From Ginglymostoma cirratum (taxonomy: Eukaryota), in contig JAHRHZ010000061.1 of NCBI GenBank assembly GCA_024137785.1, forward strand, positions 1,556,622 through 1,620,621: a stretch of 64,000 nucleotides of DNA, written 5' to 3'. Under the pieces are notes generated by a model. It had not been told where the DNA came from and did not search any database. It was given only the letters and a program-made list of their open reading frames with translations. Below, piece by piece: positions 36,101 through 51,100 of the stretch. Position 1 is the first letter of the stretch. Each line of letters opens with the position of its first letter. Position numbers and translations under genes: made by a program.

Positions 36101-39100
36101 GGAAGTTCATTTCACAAGCGAACCAGCCTCTGTATAACAAAATTCCCCCAACGGTTTTTTTTAAACTTCTTCCTCTCACCTTAACAACATGTTAAGTCTC
36201 ACACTAAGACACTAACACCTCCCACCCCAGCTCCAATCCCATTCACATCGAATCTCTCATGGGAGACCCTAGTCTTGAAACATCCCAATCTAGGGAAAAG
36301 ACACATACAATTTATCACATCTATGCACCTCATGATTTTATAAACCTCTATAAGGTCACCCCTCAACCTCCTATGCTCCAGTGAAAAAGGTCCTAGCCTT
36401 TCTTTATAGCTCAAACCTTCCACACCCAGCAACATCCTGGTAATTCTCTTCTGAATCTCTCTAGCTTAATAATATCCTTCCTATAACAGGGTGACCAGAA
36501 CTGGGCACAGTACTGCAGAGGAGGTCTCACTAAATCCTGTACAGCCTCATCGTGACTTTCCAACGCCTATACTCAAAAGGACAGAGTAATGAAGGCAAAT
36601 GTTCTAAACGCCTTTTTAACCACCCTGTCAATATGTGATACAAACTTCAAAGAATTATGTACCTGCACCTCTAGGTCCCTCTGTTCTATAACACTACCCA
36701 AAGCCCTACCATTAATTGTATAAGTCCTGCCCATTTGTTGTACCAAAATGCAATACCTTGCATTTATCCAAATTGAACTCCATCTGCCATTTCTCAGCTT
36801 ATTGACCTACTTGATCAAGATTCTTTTGTAGTCTTAGAAAATTTTTTTCATTTTGTTGGAGGATGGATGTTCTGGCTGTGGAGGGAGTGCAATAAAAGAT
36901 TTACCAGGCTGATTCAGAGGATGGCTGGTCTGATGTACAAAGAGATGCTGGTTTAGTTTGCACTATATTCACTGGAATTTAGAAGAATAAAGGGAGGAAT
37001 CTCATGGAAATCTACCCTAATAGGGCTATACAAGGGAAATGATTCCCCATTAGTGGGGAGTCCAAAACCAATGCTCACAGTCTAAAGGAGGAGGTCATTT
37101 AGGACAGATGGGGAAAAATTTATTTACCCAGAAAGTGCTGAGTCTCTGGAATCCTCTGCTACAGAAAGTGGTTGAGGTCAAAACATTGAATGTTTTCACA
37201 AAGGAGGTAGCTATAGCTTGTACGGCTGAAGGGATCAACGATTATGAGGCGAATGGTGGAATGGGCTGAAAGGGCCAAATGGCCCATTCCTGTTCCTATT
37301 TTCTATAGGAGTGTGTTTGGAGGCATGAGTTGTGGGGTTGGGAAGTGGAGTTTCCAAAGTTAAGCTGCGAAAAACATTAATTCTTGCAGACCGTACAAAC
37401 TTCATTAAAAGGAGAAATTTATATTACACCCCATGACCCATGTAATCTCTGGATTTTCCTTTGTTGGCCCTTAGTTTCTTCTAGGTATCTTATACCTCTT
37501 TCAGATGTTTTGATGGTCATTGGAGGTTGGAGAAGTCTCGCCATTATGTTACTGGCATGAGTGTGGGATGGCCTTTACTGGCCAGCACATCTTTTCCTGC
37601 TGATTGTTTTCACATGTTTCAGGCGGGCAAGCACAATGAAAAGCTCTTTAGTTCTTCTCAACAATTCTTCTCCTAACATCTTCCTTGCATCAGAACATTG
37701 AATGAACTTCAAATGTACTTAGTTGGTTGTAAAGCACTTTAGGATTTCCTGAAGTTATTTAAGTCTTTGTTTTTCACTCCACCATAAGAACAGCAACTTC
37801 CCTCTTCAAAATAAAACATATACTACCCCAAAGCACTCCACAGAAGCATAATAAAGCAAAAAACAGAAGTCAAATCAAACAGGACATTATGAACAGTGAC
37901 TGAGAAAAATGATCAAAGGTGTCGATTTTTAAGAAAAACCTTAAAAGGAGAAGTACAGTTAAGGGGAATTCCCGAGTTTGTGGTTCATACAGCTGAAGGC
38001 ATACTCAACTACACAGCTGAGAAAGTGGGTAACGCACAAGACTGAGGTGATGTGGAATTGGAGGAAGATATAGCAGTGAAGCTGCAAAGGGATTTAAAAC
38101 AAGAAGCTAAGCAACAGCCAAGACTAAAACCATTAATGACGGACTAAACAACCTGTTGACAGAGGTAGTTCTGTTTCTTTTTCTTTCCTTCCTTTTTCAT
38201 ACTCATTCTGTTCATTACATCGATTTGATGCTTCCAGGGTATCTACAGCCTTTTGTTCATATTTTCTATAAAAAGAGAATAAAATGTTAGATCAAAAGGA
38301 AACCCAGCTTCTCTTTTGTAGGGCAAGTTGAATATACTGAATCTGTTGATAAGACTCATATAAGTTTAGTGCCCCACAACTGGCCCAGACATTCCCAAAG
38401 CTGGTTTCTCATCTCTGAAGTGTAGGCTGGAGTTGTGCATCAGGACCATTCCCAATCACTGACACAGCTAACACTGTGGGAATTGTCTGGGAAATCTAAA
38501 CATTTACAGGGCAATGCCCCGCCTTCTAGGCCTCTCTTAAAAAGCCCTTTAAAGTTAGAAACTTCAGAGTCTTCAGCTCAGTTAGACTTAACAGTAACCG
38601 AGGAAACACCAGGGGATTAAAAATGTATAACAGTTCCCAGGAAACCACTAAACTGACCTCCCCAATTGTACATGAATAACTTGACACCCTTAACACCTGA
38701 CACTGTATCTGACATGTATCATTCATCTCCCTCCATCCCAGAACCAATGTAGTTCTTGAGGACCAAATACCCACAATGCCATCCATTGGTCTGGCCGCTC
38801 CCCTCTCCAAAACCCAGACCCAACAAAAATCCTCACCATTAACCTGACCCTACCTCACTGGACATGTCAGACACAACATGACCCTCCCTGAAACATTGTT
38901 AGCCATCAGATATTGAAACAATCCATGATTACATGCAGTATGACCTGGATAATATTCCAACTTAGGCTGACAAGTGGCAAGTAACGTTTGTGCTACACAA
39001 GTGGCAGGCAATGGCCATCACCAACAAGAGAGAATTTAACCATTGCCTTTTGACACTCAATGGCATTACCATCACTGAAGCCTCCACTATCAACATCCTG

Positions 39101-42100
39101 CTGATTATCTTTGATCAGTAACTGAACTGGACCAGCCACATAAATACAATGATTAAAACAGCAAATCAGAGGCTGGAAATTCTGTGATGAGTAACACACC
39201 TCTGGGCTCCCCATTTGCCTGGATGTGTGGAGCTTCTGTGATGCTTAGGGACCTTGATACCATCCAGGACAAAGCAGCTTACTCGATTGACATCCCATCT
39301 ACCAGTTTCAAAATTCCATTCCTCTACCTCTTTTGCGGCAGCGGTGTGTAACACCTACAAGATGCACTGCAGTAACTGACCAGGATTTCTTGACAGGCCC
39401 TTCCAAACCCAACACCTCTACCAGTGAAGGACAAGGACAGTTGATACATGGGAACACCATCGCCTGCAAGATCCCCTCCAAGCCACTCACCATCCTGACT
39501 TGAAGTATATTGCTGTTCCTTCACTGTCACTAGGTCAAAATCCTGGAACTCCCTTCCGAACAGCATTGTGGATATCCCTACATCCAACAACTGCGGTGGT
39601 TCAAGATGACAGCTCGGCACTACCTTCTCCTGGTTAGGAATGGCCACATCCCATAAAGTTAGAGGAAAAAAATCCCAACTCCTCAGATCCTCAAAAGTGT
39701 CTCTACGGACCTTGAGATACAGTCAGAAACTGAACTGAACTAAACTTCAAGAAACTGCTAGAAACCAAGTCTGTGAAGTGATTCAAGCTCTCCAACGTAG
39801 CAAAACAAAGAAAACTAATCAAAAACCTATTTGTGGAAAATAAAAACACTATCTTTACATTAACATTTCCCAATTAGTAAAATCCAAAATGATTTGACTA
39901 AAATGAACTAGCAATCACAACATCAACTTCCAACTTTATTCCCCAATTATACACAATAATTTCCTGTCTCTTGCATTTTATACATTCCCACTACCTCTGC
40001 CGACCCACACTCTGTCCCATATCCTGCTCAGCTCTGCCCTCTGGCCCTTCCTACTAAGCCTTGTTGCTTTACTACTTCTCCACAAAATTCATTCCATCAA
40101 TTATCCTTCTGATAATTTTTTCTAATGTTCAAGCTGCTTTCTCAAATTGAATGCATTTAAATTACACCAATGCAGTAACACAAATGTGGCGTGATTAACA
40201 AATGCAGTTTGTTCTTTTAATACACTTACATAGCTGAAATTTGTGGTGACAGGTCTGAAATCTTTATCTCAAACTGCAATAGAAAAAATTGAAAAAGTTA
40301 AAGCAATTCACAAGATTAAAAAAGAGCATAAAATTAAGAGAAGGCAGAATTAAGCAGTTCAGAACCCGAAACCGTGTAGAAATCACAATAGTTTGGGGCA
40401 AAACAGATTACTTAAATAATAGAGATCAAAATTAATAAACTAAGATATCAAACAGTGAACTCAGACTTAAACTACAACTTAGTGCCTGGGGATCAAACTG
40501 ACTATCTGACTAGAACCAGAAACAGACTGAATTCCGCTGATACTACCGCATTTACTTTAAATGTGAACATGCTGAAAAGTTCATCTGATGTGTCAACCTA
40601 GAGGATTGTGTGTAAAGAATCAAAATATTATGCTAGGCATCAGGGAATTGATAGCAAATGTTCTAAGCTCACTAATGTTACCCTGTCATAGGGTCACACA
40701 GTTCTTTAACAGTCTAACATATTTTACTGTCTTTTAGGTTCTTACCTCAGTCTGAATACTTCCTGAAGCTTGGTGAATTACACATTTTATGATCAGACCT
40801 TTACAGTCACTGCTCATACATTTCATTGAACAGAAATCCTGAAATATATAAAACTAAATGAATTCATTTTTGTTTTTGAAGTCAAGGCAAATGCAGAATA
40901 AAACTTGAGGCCTGATTTTCAGAACTGCGGAACTTCAAAAATGGTGGTGGGACCTGGACTTGAAAATCCAGTTCCTGTTTCTGGCAGATTCCAATTCTTG
41001 CCAGAAGAGGGAAGGGTGTGATTCAAATAGTTGTGAAACCTGAACTCAGCAGGGACATTTGAATTTAATTGCTGAGTTTAAAGAGGCTCTGTTTTGGCTG
41101 TTCCAGCACCTTAATCTTCAGTGGGGGAGCCACAATTTGATGGAACAGGTTCATACAACGTGAAGGGCAAGTCAGAATCCGTTTCAGTGTCATTATGTTT
41201 TCTTTTAAATTTTGCACTCTCAACATTGAAAAGAAAAGCTTAAATTGTCATTGAAAAATGAAAAAAAAATTTTATTTTCAGGCCATGTAACATAGAATAG
41301 AAAAAAAACATAACTACCTGTTCCACATTTTCCCCAGAGCGCTTTAATGACATTTCCCAAGAGCTATTGTTATACTGTTACAAATGCCAGGCTCAGTTTC
41401 CAAAGGTTCAAAAGCACATGTCACAGCAAAGGGCTCTGGGTTCAGAGCTTGATTATGAGTTTGGAGATGATCTTGAAGGATCTGGCTACTGAATAGAGAT
41501 GTGTTTGTTTTTGTAGTATATTATTTGAAGAAATTTGAAAGCCTTGATGAGGTTCCATGAATGGGAGTTTCTTTTCACTGTCAAGTGTACATGAGTTAAA
41601 AACTGTATTACATTGTTGGAAGGTTTTTCATAAAGATCTGGTTCCTGAGGCCTGCTGGATACATGGTGATTGTGGAAATAGCATGAGAAGTTTGACAAGG
41701 TATACAGGTGGGTGGGGGCAATGTCTGTACAGGGGTCGGAGTTAACATGGAGATGGTATGGAGATGGAGGGATAAAGACTACGGGCCCCAACAACTCCAA
41801 AATCAACACAAATAAAGTCCCAGGGAACACAGGCTTCCTAATAATGCTGCCTTGACACTCACTTATTCTCAAGCTTGCTAATGATCTGCTTCCCAGGTTG
41901 GTGGGCTGGAATCTATCATTGACCAACTCACCGACCACCAGTGTCTAATGGGGCACTCCAAACTTAGGCAGGCCTATAAGTTGAAAATGTCAGGACTCGA
42001 TCTATCTCCTTTGGTCACAAAAGTCTGGCTCTTGATCTTTCAGGACAGTAGAAGCAGAGCTTCAGAAGGGCACAGACAAGTTGGTGGAGTGGTTAGCCAG

Positions 42101-45100
42101 GTGGCAGATGAGTCGCAATGCAGAGGACTGGGAAGTGATACATTGTCATGGGAAGAACAGTGAAAGACAACACAAAGTAGGGGTACAATCCTAAAGAAGT
42201 TGCAGGAGCAGAGAGACTAGAGTGTATTTGCACACAGATCTTTGAATATGGTGGGAGAGGTAAACAGAGCTTTAAGTAAAGAATAAAGGATCCTTGGCTT
42301 TATTAACAGGGCCATAGAATACAAGAGCAAAGATGGGGTGTTGAACTTGTGTAAAACACTTGTTACACCTTAACTGGAGTATTGAGTACAATTAAGTAAA
42401 TAAAATGGAGAGTTTGTAGAGGCAGTCTAGAAGAACGGTTTCAGGGATGAGAAACGTCAGTTATGGAGGGTAAATTGAAGAAGTTGGGACTGTTGAGATG
42501 GTCATTGGAGAGAAGAAGGCTGAGGTAGGTCTTGATAAAAGTTTTCAAAATTATGAGTGGCTGGATAGTGTAGATATGATGGAAGCTGTTACTACTCGTA
42601 AACAAAAGAATATGGATGTAAAGTGATCTGCAAAAGAAGCAAGGGTGAAGTGAGGAAAAACATTTTCACTCAGTGAATAGTTAGGGTATGGAATGCATTG
42701 CCTGACAGTGTGGAGAGGCAAGTTCAATGCAGACATTCCAGAGGACACTGTATGATCATTTGGTTAAAATTACATGCAAAGGTATAGGGGAGAAAGCAGA
42801 TTTCTAGGCAATCATTTAACAAGTTAGCGCAGGCACAATGCACCAATTGGCCTTCTCCTGTGCCATAATACTTCTGTGATTCTGAGACACCAGAAACTGT
42901 AGACAACAGCAACAATGTTTAATTTAGTGGTGGCTTGCTTTATATTGTATTTCCTGCTCTCTTCCTGTTAAAACAGATAAAATAAATACATTGAAAAGTA
43001 TTTCTTACCTGATTAGATTTCCCATGATACTGAGTCTCCTTTAACCTTTTCCAGCAAGTAAGATGATATGATATCAAGCAATAAGAGTCACAACAAAATG
43101 CTATATAGCCCTGAAATGAGGCAAAGTGGTATGCATATATGTGTCAAATTTCATAGATATAAAAATAAATATTTCTTCCTGTATTTTTGGAAGAAATCAA
43201 GAAAAACAAAAAGGAAAATGTTGAATTTTCAGAAACATTTTGTTAAACTTGCTGAACTGTTGAAGTTTAATGAGATTAATATTGAAGGACAACAGTAAAC
43301 AGGAGAAAGGATAAGGATTTTGTCAAAATTTAATAGACATTGGATGCTTCTTGTTGACAGCTATCCAAACTGAGGCCCAATAATAAGACGGTTTTCCTTC
43401 AGCTTTTCTGCATCCTTTATTGTACGTGGCTTTTATTGCAAGAGCCTAATACCAAAAGCTATAATAGTAGAAGTATGCCATTCAACCCACTGAGTCTGCT
43501 CCACCATTCGCTGAGATTATGGTTGATTTGATAGTCTTCAATTCCACTTTCCTGCCTTTTCTCCAGAACCCTGGATTTCTCTACTGATTAAAAATCTGTC
43601 TATCTCAGCCTTGAACATACCTAGCGAACCAGCCCTCACAACCCTCCAAAATGTACAACCTCACATTTCCTATATGATGTTCCACCTGCCAAAATTTTGT
43701 CCGCTTGCTTAATCTATCTACCCCGCTGCAGACAGTTATGGCATCCCCAGTACTTGCCCAGCCCACCGATTTCTGTGTCATCTGGTAATATTACATTTGC
43801 TTCCCACATCCATATTATTAACATATACTGGCCCCAACACTGATCCCGGATATTCTACTTGTCAGGTCGCCATTAAATTAGAACTTTTTAAAAATTAGAA
43901 TCCCTACAATGTGGAAACAGGCCCTTCGGCCCAACAAGTCCACATCAACCCTCAGAGCATCCCACCCATCCCCATCCCCCTATAACCCACCTAATCTACA
44001 CATTCCTGAACACCACAGGCAATTTAGCATGGCCAATCCACCTAACCTGCACATCTTTGGATTGTGGGAGGAAACCGGAGCACCCGGAGGAAACCTACAC
44101 TGACATGGGGAGAACGTGCAAACTCCACACAGACAGTCACCTGAGGGTGTAACTGAACCCGGGTCCCTGGCGCTGTGAGGCTGCAGTGCTAACCACTGAG
44201 CTACCATGCCATCCTAAAAATATTCTCTTTATCCTAACTCTGTGCCTTCCATGAGTTAGCCAATCTGCTGTACAGATATACTACTATCAATACATAGGCT
44301 CTTGTCTTATTAATTAGCCTAATGTGCAGTACCTTATCTTTTAGAAATTCAAATATATTACATCTACTGGTTCCCATTTACCTCCCCTTGCTTATTACCT
44401 CCTCAAAAAATTCTAATAAATTTGTCAGGCATGACTCCCTTCATGAAGCCATGTTGACTCAACTTGATTATATCATATGTTTAGAATCATAGAAAATAGA
44501 AACAGCAGTAGACCATTTGGCCCTGTGACACAGCTCACTGATCCTTGTGGTACTCCACTAGTTACAGGTTGCTATCTTGAAAATGCTACCTTGATCCCAA
44601 CTCTGTGCCTTCTATTAATTAGCTAATATTGAAGCTAATATACTACTGCCAACACAATTGCTCTGATTTTATTTCAGTAGCCATCTGCTTTTACCAACTG
44701 CTTTGCTATTACATCCATTATAATAGACTTTAATCTTTTTCCAAGGATATGTTAAGCTAACTGACCTACATTGTTACCTATGGTTTTATCATTTTGCCTT
44801 TTTGACTAAGCATGCTCTCTTATCTATTTCCTCCAGAACTTTTCCACATTATAAGGATTCTTGGAAAATTACTACCAGTGCTTCCACTATCTCTGGAGCT
44901 GCTTCCTTTAATATCTTAGGATGTAATTCAACAGGTCTAGGGGACCTATCAGCCTTTAACCCCATAAGTTTCCTGGAAGATTTTTTTTTTATTCATTTAT
45001 GGAATGCAGGTGTTGCTCTCTCATATAACACTCTGCTGCATTTCTTCCAATTATACCAACTGAGCAAGTCTGTTACTTAATTTCCAAATCTACATTTTTA

Positions 45101-48100
45101 TCTTTTGCCACCAAACCCAGGTCTTAGAACTGGACATTTTCTCAAGTCTTCATCCATAAACTTTATGTCTTCAATGTGATCTTCTTCCTTTGGCTGAAAC
45201 TGATAATTCATAAATTGGATCTTGGGGCCGTTGATCTTCACATCCTTGTCTTCGAGTATGCTTCTCCAGTTTTCCAGATACTCAGTCGTGTTCTCATCAT
45301 CACCGTCACATAGCTTGGTCTTCCTGATATTTCTTAGCAACTTGTCTCAAAACAAAAAAATGTTTTGTTTCTTCTGGGCTTTAATCCAAATTGGCATTCA
45401 TTAGTTCCCACTGTTTTTCTCAGCCACTGGTCCATGATTCTCACCCAAACTTTAAAGTTATGTGGTAGGAGCTCAATTTCTCAGTTGTTTTTGCAACCTT
45501 GAGTGTCTCTCTTCCCTTTGGAAAACTGTATAAAATTGTTTTGCCTCCATGTCCTTGAGGTTTTCTCTTTATTATAAACACAATTCAATAGCTTATTCAG
45601 GACCTGGACCCCTTACTTATTTGTAAGTGCCATACTCCCACTAGTACCTCATCTGGTCCTACTAAAACCAATGCGCTGAGGACATAGATAGACATATGAT
45701 TGCATAATATAACTATAATGTTATAATGGAAACTTGGTTAAAGAAAGGCAAGGATTGCAGCTCAACACCCCTGTGTATAGAATTTCCGGGCTGAAAGAAG
45801 GTGATAAAAACAAAGGCGTACATTTTTAAAAAAATAATCAATTGTAGCATTAAGTAGGAATGATATACTAAATGAAGCATCAAATGAGACGAAAAGGCCA
45901 CATGAGAAACAAAGAAAAGGGAAGCTGTACTGCTCACATGTATGTATAGCCCCCCCACATGGTGGGAGAGAATTAGTGGGACAAATATGTAGCAAATTCC
46001 TGAGTTCAAAAATAATAGCATAATAATATTTGGGGACCTGAACTACCCAAATACCAACTGGTATATGAACAGTTTAAAAGGTACAGAGGGCACAAAATTC
46101 TTGATTGCATTCAAGAGAATTTTTTTTTGCCTGCATGCAACAAGAGAGAGGGTGTAATTCTGGATTTCGTCTTCAGAAATGAAGCTGGGCAGATGGATGT
46201 AGTAGTCGGTGATTGTTTTGGAGGTAGTGCTCTCAATACGATTAGATTTTGCATCATTAGGGAAGCGGACAGAGATAGAACAGCAGTAAAAGTCTACATT
46301 GGGAGAAAGCAAACTTTTTCCAAGCGGAGCGATAATTTGGCAAAAGTGGACTGACTACAGCTACTTAAAGAAAAGGCATGGCAAATCATAAGAGGCATTC
46401 AAATTGAGATTCTACAGATACAGTATATGCATGTCTTCACAAAGAAAAAGGATGGTACTGCTAACTATAGAGTTCACTGATTATCCAGAAGTGTACAGGG
46501 TGAGATAAAGAAGAACACAGCTCATGACAGTCTCAAAAAAGTAATACTTCATGAAGAATATTGAAACATAGAAAGGACAGCGATGAAATTTGGAAATCAG
46601 AAAAAAATTGGCCAATAAAATTAAGGAAAATCCAAAGATGATTTAATACATTGAGTCAAAGATGATTAAGAGTAAAGTTGGGCCTATCGCAGAACTAGAT
46701 GGTAAATTATGCATGGATGCATTGTCACTATATTCACAATGGAAGGGGGTGATGCAGACATTCTAGTTAAAGAGGAATGTGAAATATTACATAAAATAAG
46801 CAAAATGAAAAAGGGGATGGATTGGAGGGACTGATCTCCTTGAAGACGGATAATCACCAAGGCTGCAGGAATTGTTAAAAGAATCCAGGGACAAAATAGT
46901 GGATGCTCGGAGAATCATTTTCCAAATCTCACTAGAAACAGATGCGGTACCAGAGTTCTGCAAACATATCTTATTCGGAAAGGGTGCTAGAAATGGACCA
47001 AATAATTATTGGCCAGTCAATCTGACCTCAGGAGGTGGGAAAATTACGACAGTCAATACTGTCACAGAGTCATACAGGATGGAACCAGACCCTTTGGTCC
47101 AAATTGTCCATGCTGACCAAGTTTCCCAAACTAAACTAGACCCACTTGCCTGTGTTTGGCCCAAATCCCTATAAACTTTTTGTATTCACACACCTATCCG
47201 AATGTCTTTTAAGTGTAACTGTACCTGCATTCACCACTTCATCCACAGACGAATCACCCTCTGAAAAATTTGCCCCTCAGGTCCCTTCTTTCTCCTCCTA
47301 CCTAAAAAATACGGTCGCTAGTATTGAACTCCCCACCCAAAGGAAAAAAACTTTTGCTATTCACCTTATCTATGTCCCTCATGAATTTATAAACCTCTAT
47401 AAGGTCACCCCTCAACCTCCTATGCTCCAGTGAAAAAAGTCCCAACCTATCCAGCTTCTCCTTATAACTCAAACCCTCCATTTCCAGCAACATCCTTGCA
47501 AATTTTTTCTGAATCTAAATCTCCAATTTAATAATGCTTCCTAAAGCAGGGTGACCAGAATTTTGCACAGTACTCCAAAAGTGGCCTCACCAACATCCTG
47601 TATAACCTTAACATGACATCTCAACTCCTTAATTCAATGGTCTGAGCAATGAAGGCAAGTGTACTAAATGCCTTCTTAACCACCTTGTCCACCAGTGACG
47701 CAACTTTCAAGGAACTGAGTGACCTAGGGGTTCAGGTACACTGTTCAATAACACTATCCAGGGTCCTACCATTAACTGTACAAGTCCTGCCCTTGTTTGT
47801 TTTACTAAAATTCAACACCTCACATTTATCCAAATTAAACTCCATCTGTCACTCCTCAGTCCATTGGCCTAAGTGATTAAGATCTTTTTGTATTCTTAGG
47901 TATCCTTCTTCACTGTTGACTATACGATGGTTTGTAAACCATGCCTCCTAAATCCTCATACAAATCATGAGAGTTGCAATTAACTGTTACTTGGAAATGG
48001 TTCAAGACACTATTTTGCCATTTTCAAACCGGTTTTGATTTCTTTTACTATACTAGCTGCTATTCCACCATTTGTAGCTTCCTCTTCTCACTTAGGTCAT

Positions 48101-51100
48101 TGTTTAATTTATTCATCAGCCCATTAAATATAGACCCTACCTCTCTTTGATTTTATCTTCTTACATTGAGGTTGCTCAGCCTGTAATCTTCTTTGTACAT
48201 ATTTCTCTCATCCTGTGTTAACCTACTTCCAGTAGCTAGTTTTCTGAAGCTTTTTATTCTTTCTGTTCCCTTTGGTAGCAAGAATATCATATTGGTCGTT
48301 GAAACCTGGTATCTAGACATTCACTGGCCAGAAATCCTTCTCCAGCAATCACTTTCTCTACATTGTTGTTCCCTTCTAATGATGTTCTTTATCTTCTTTG
48401 AGGTCTGACTGTTTTCACCTCTTCAACAGTTTCTTCCTTTCCCTAACTGTAATTTCTATATTTTCATTCTATCACCAAGTTTCTCTCTGAGCTTTTGTCC
48501 TCCCTGATTATCTTGTAGATATTACATCACCTGTTTTCTGAATCAAGTCTGCCGCTGAGTTCTGCCAGTCTTCCACAGTGTCTGTCATAGTTGTATTCAT
48601 CTTAACTGGCTGTCCACTGACTCTCTGATTTCCTCCTACACTTGCAAATCTTTAAGCTCCCTCCTGATGGATGCCTTCCTACTATGTGCTGCTTTCTCCT
48701 TTACAGTCAAGCTCTGCATCAGCCCCTCTTGTTAGGTATTCACTGCCTCACTAGGGAAGACTCGACAGTCCTTTGATATGGTTTCGAAAAAATTACACAA
48801 TGGAAGCAAAGTTCAGCTATGTTTCCCCACCACTACCATTATAGGTCACGAAGCAGTTTCTGAAGTCATTTTATTCAGCAGGGCTTAGCATTATCAATTG
48901 GTACAACATGATAAATTGCAGGAACTGCTGTAGTTTCTTTTTCACTTTTAAAGCTGGTTAAATCAAATCCATGTGAAATGGATTTCAGATATGGCTATAA
49001 ATTGAGAAGGGGGGAATGAGCACGAGTCCGTGTACACCAGTTGCTGTAGATAAGCATGCACATGCAGCAGGCAGTAAAGAAGGCAAATAGTCTGCTGGCC
49101 ATCATAGCGAGAGGATTCAAGTACACGAGCAGGGATGTCTTGTTGACATTTACAGGGCTTCGGTGAGACCACACCTGGAATATTGTGCGCAGTTTCAGTC
49201 TCCTTATCTGAGGAAGGATGTTCTTGCTATGGAGGGAATGCAGTGAAGATTTCCCAAATTGATTCCTGGCATGGCAGGACTGACATACGAGGAGAGGTTG
49301 AATCAGTTAGGCATATATTCATTGGAATTCAGAAGAATGAAGGTGAATCTCACAGAAACCTATAACTTTGTAGCAGGACTTGAACAGGGTAAATGCAGGA
49401 AGGAAGTTGCTAATGGTTGAGGAGGCCTAGAACCGGGGCTACATTCTAAGGATTCATGGTAAATCTTTTAAGACTGAAATGAGGAGACATTTCATCACCC
49501 AGAGAATGGTGAGCCTGTGGAATTTGCTACCACAGGAAGCAGTCAACGACAAAACATTGCATTTACTTCTTACGTTTCTAAGAAGTTGGATATAACACAT
49601 TGAGGTAAAGGGAGCAAAGGATATGGAGAGAAAGCCGGAAAAGGCTTTTGAATTTGATGGTCAGCAATAATTACAGTGAAAAGCAGAGAAGGCTCAAAAG
49701 GACTGAATGGTTGACTTCTGCTCCTATTTTCTATGTTCCAATGATGAAAGAAATATGTCCCAATGATGAAAGAATTTGTAATGGCCAAGCACTGCTCATC
49801 TCTCACAAACTACTGGCTCCTTCGCTTCAGATAGCCTTCCTTATCAGGAATCCTTGATGGGAGATCCACAAACAGATAATCTGTGGGGAATGCTAGAACA
49901 GAACCATCAGTTTATTGAAAAGATTCCTCAACCCTTATACCTATCACAGTTAAGCCTCATGTTACGCAGTAAGGAGGCTTCACAAGGAGGCCTTGTCATG
50001 CCAATGTAAGGAGCTCTGTGGAACATGACATTGTCCAATTGTACTTTGCACAGCCAAAACTTTAATGCTACATTTGGAATAGAATTCTGCCGGTAAGCCA
50101 TGATTATCTCCCCTCTAAAGTAAACGTTCCCTTCTACACTGCAGACCATGTTCTTGCATACTTAGATTTCAGCGGGAGAATGTGGTAGTTGCAAAATATT
50201 GTTTTCCAGTGCTTGCTACGGAAAGTATTTGTGAAATGGAAAGTTCCACTTTGAAGTGCTTTGTTTGATTGTAGTTGCTTTGTATACATAACAAGGACGG
50301 AATTGGTCCGTGCGATGTGATGCTTGAAGCTATGACATGGGCCGTGCAATCTCGACAATGTATGCCCTGCCAATTAAGTCTAAATTGAAGCTAGATGAGT
50401 TGCTGCTCGTGGGGACTGCAATTCGCAAGGATTTTACTCAGTCAGTTAAAACAAAACTAGTAATTTACCCTGCCCACTTGCATAAGGTGTCTGTCATTTT
50501 GAGCAATTATTGTGCAGTTGACTTTTGATCTAACATTGCAAGGTTCCATCTTAAGTGTTCTTGTCAGTGAGTTGCAGGTTCCGCCCAAGATGAAAGACTG
50601 TCATTCCCCACACTCCCATCCTTCTTATTTCCTTGTGTGGTGCTGTCCCTGTAGCCTCTATGACCTTACAGCCTCCCGATTTCAGTTGAGCTCCTTCATG
50701 TTACCACTGACATGCTCACTTTACCCCTACAGCCCATGGCATTGTAAATTCACCTGCCTTTGATGGTCCTCCCAACGTAAGGGCCAGAGCAATCAGGACC
50801 TGTGAGATATCTTACAAGTGACCACGATCTATGAGGTCCCAATCTTTGATATAGAATTACCCCAATCACTGTATTCACTCTCTCGCTGATCCAATGCAAT
50901 GAAACCCACCTCAATCTCGAGTTCCCCACTTTCCCCGGGACTCCATGAACTGGCCTCTGATTAACCCCAATCTAAACTCCTGACCCCAAGTGACTGACCA
51001 TGGCCAAAGCCCTGGACTGGAATCAGACAATCCCCTTTACTGATTGTGGCACCAACTCCCTGACTTACTAAAGGCCCCCTTTACACCATAAGGATTCGTG

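Noticed and set aside
41300-41940. 150-aa ORF / possible Penelope RT remnant
   Set aside because: Only faint motif similarity (KLPFM, IYYKNKH) across frameshifts; too weak to call.
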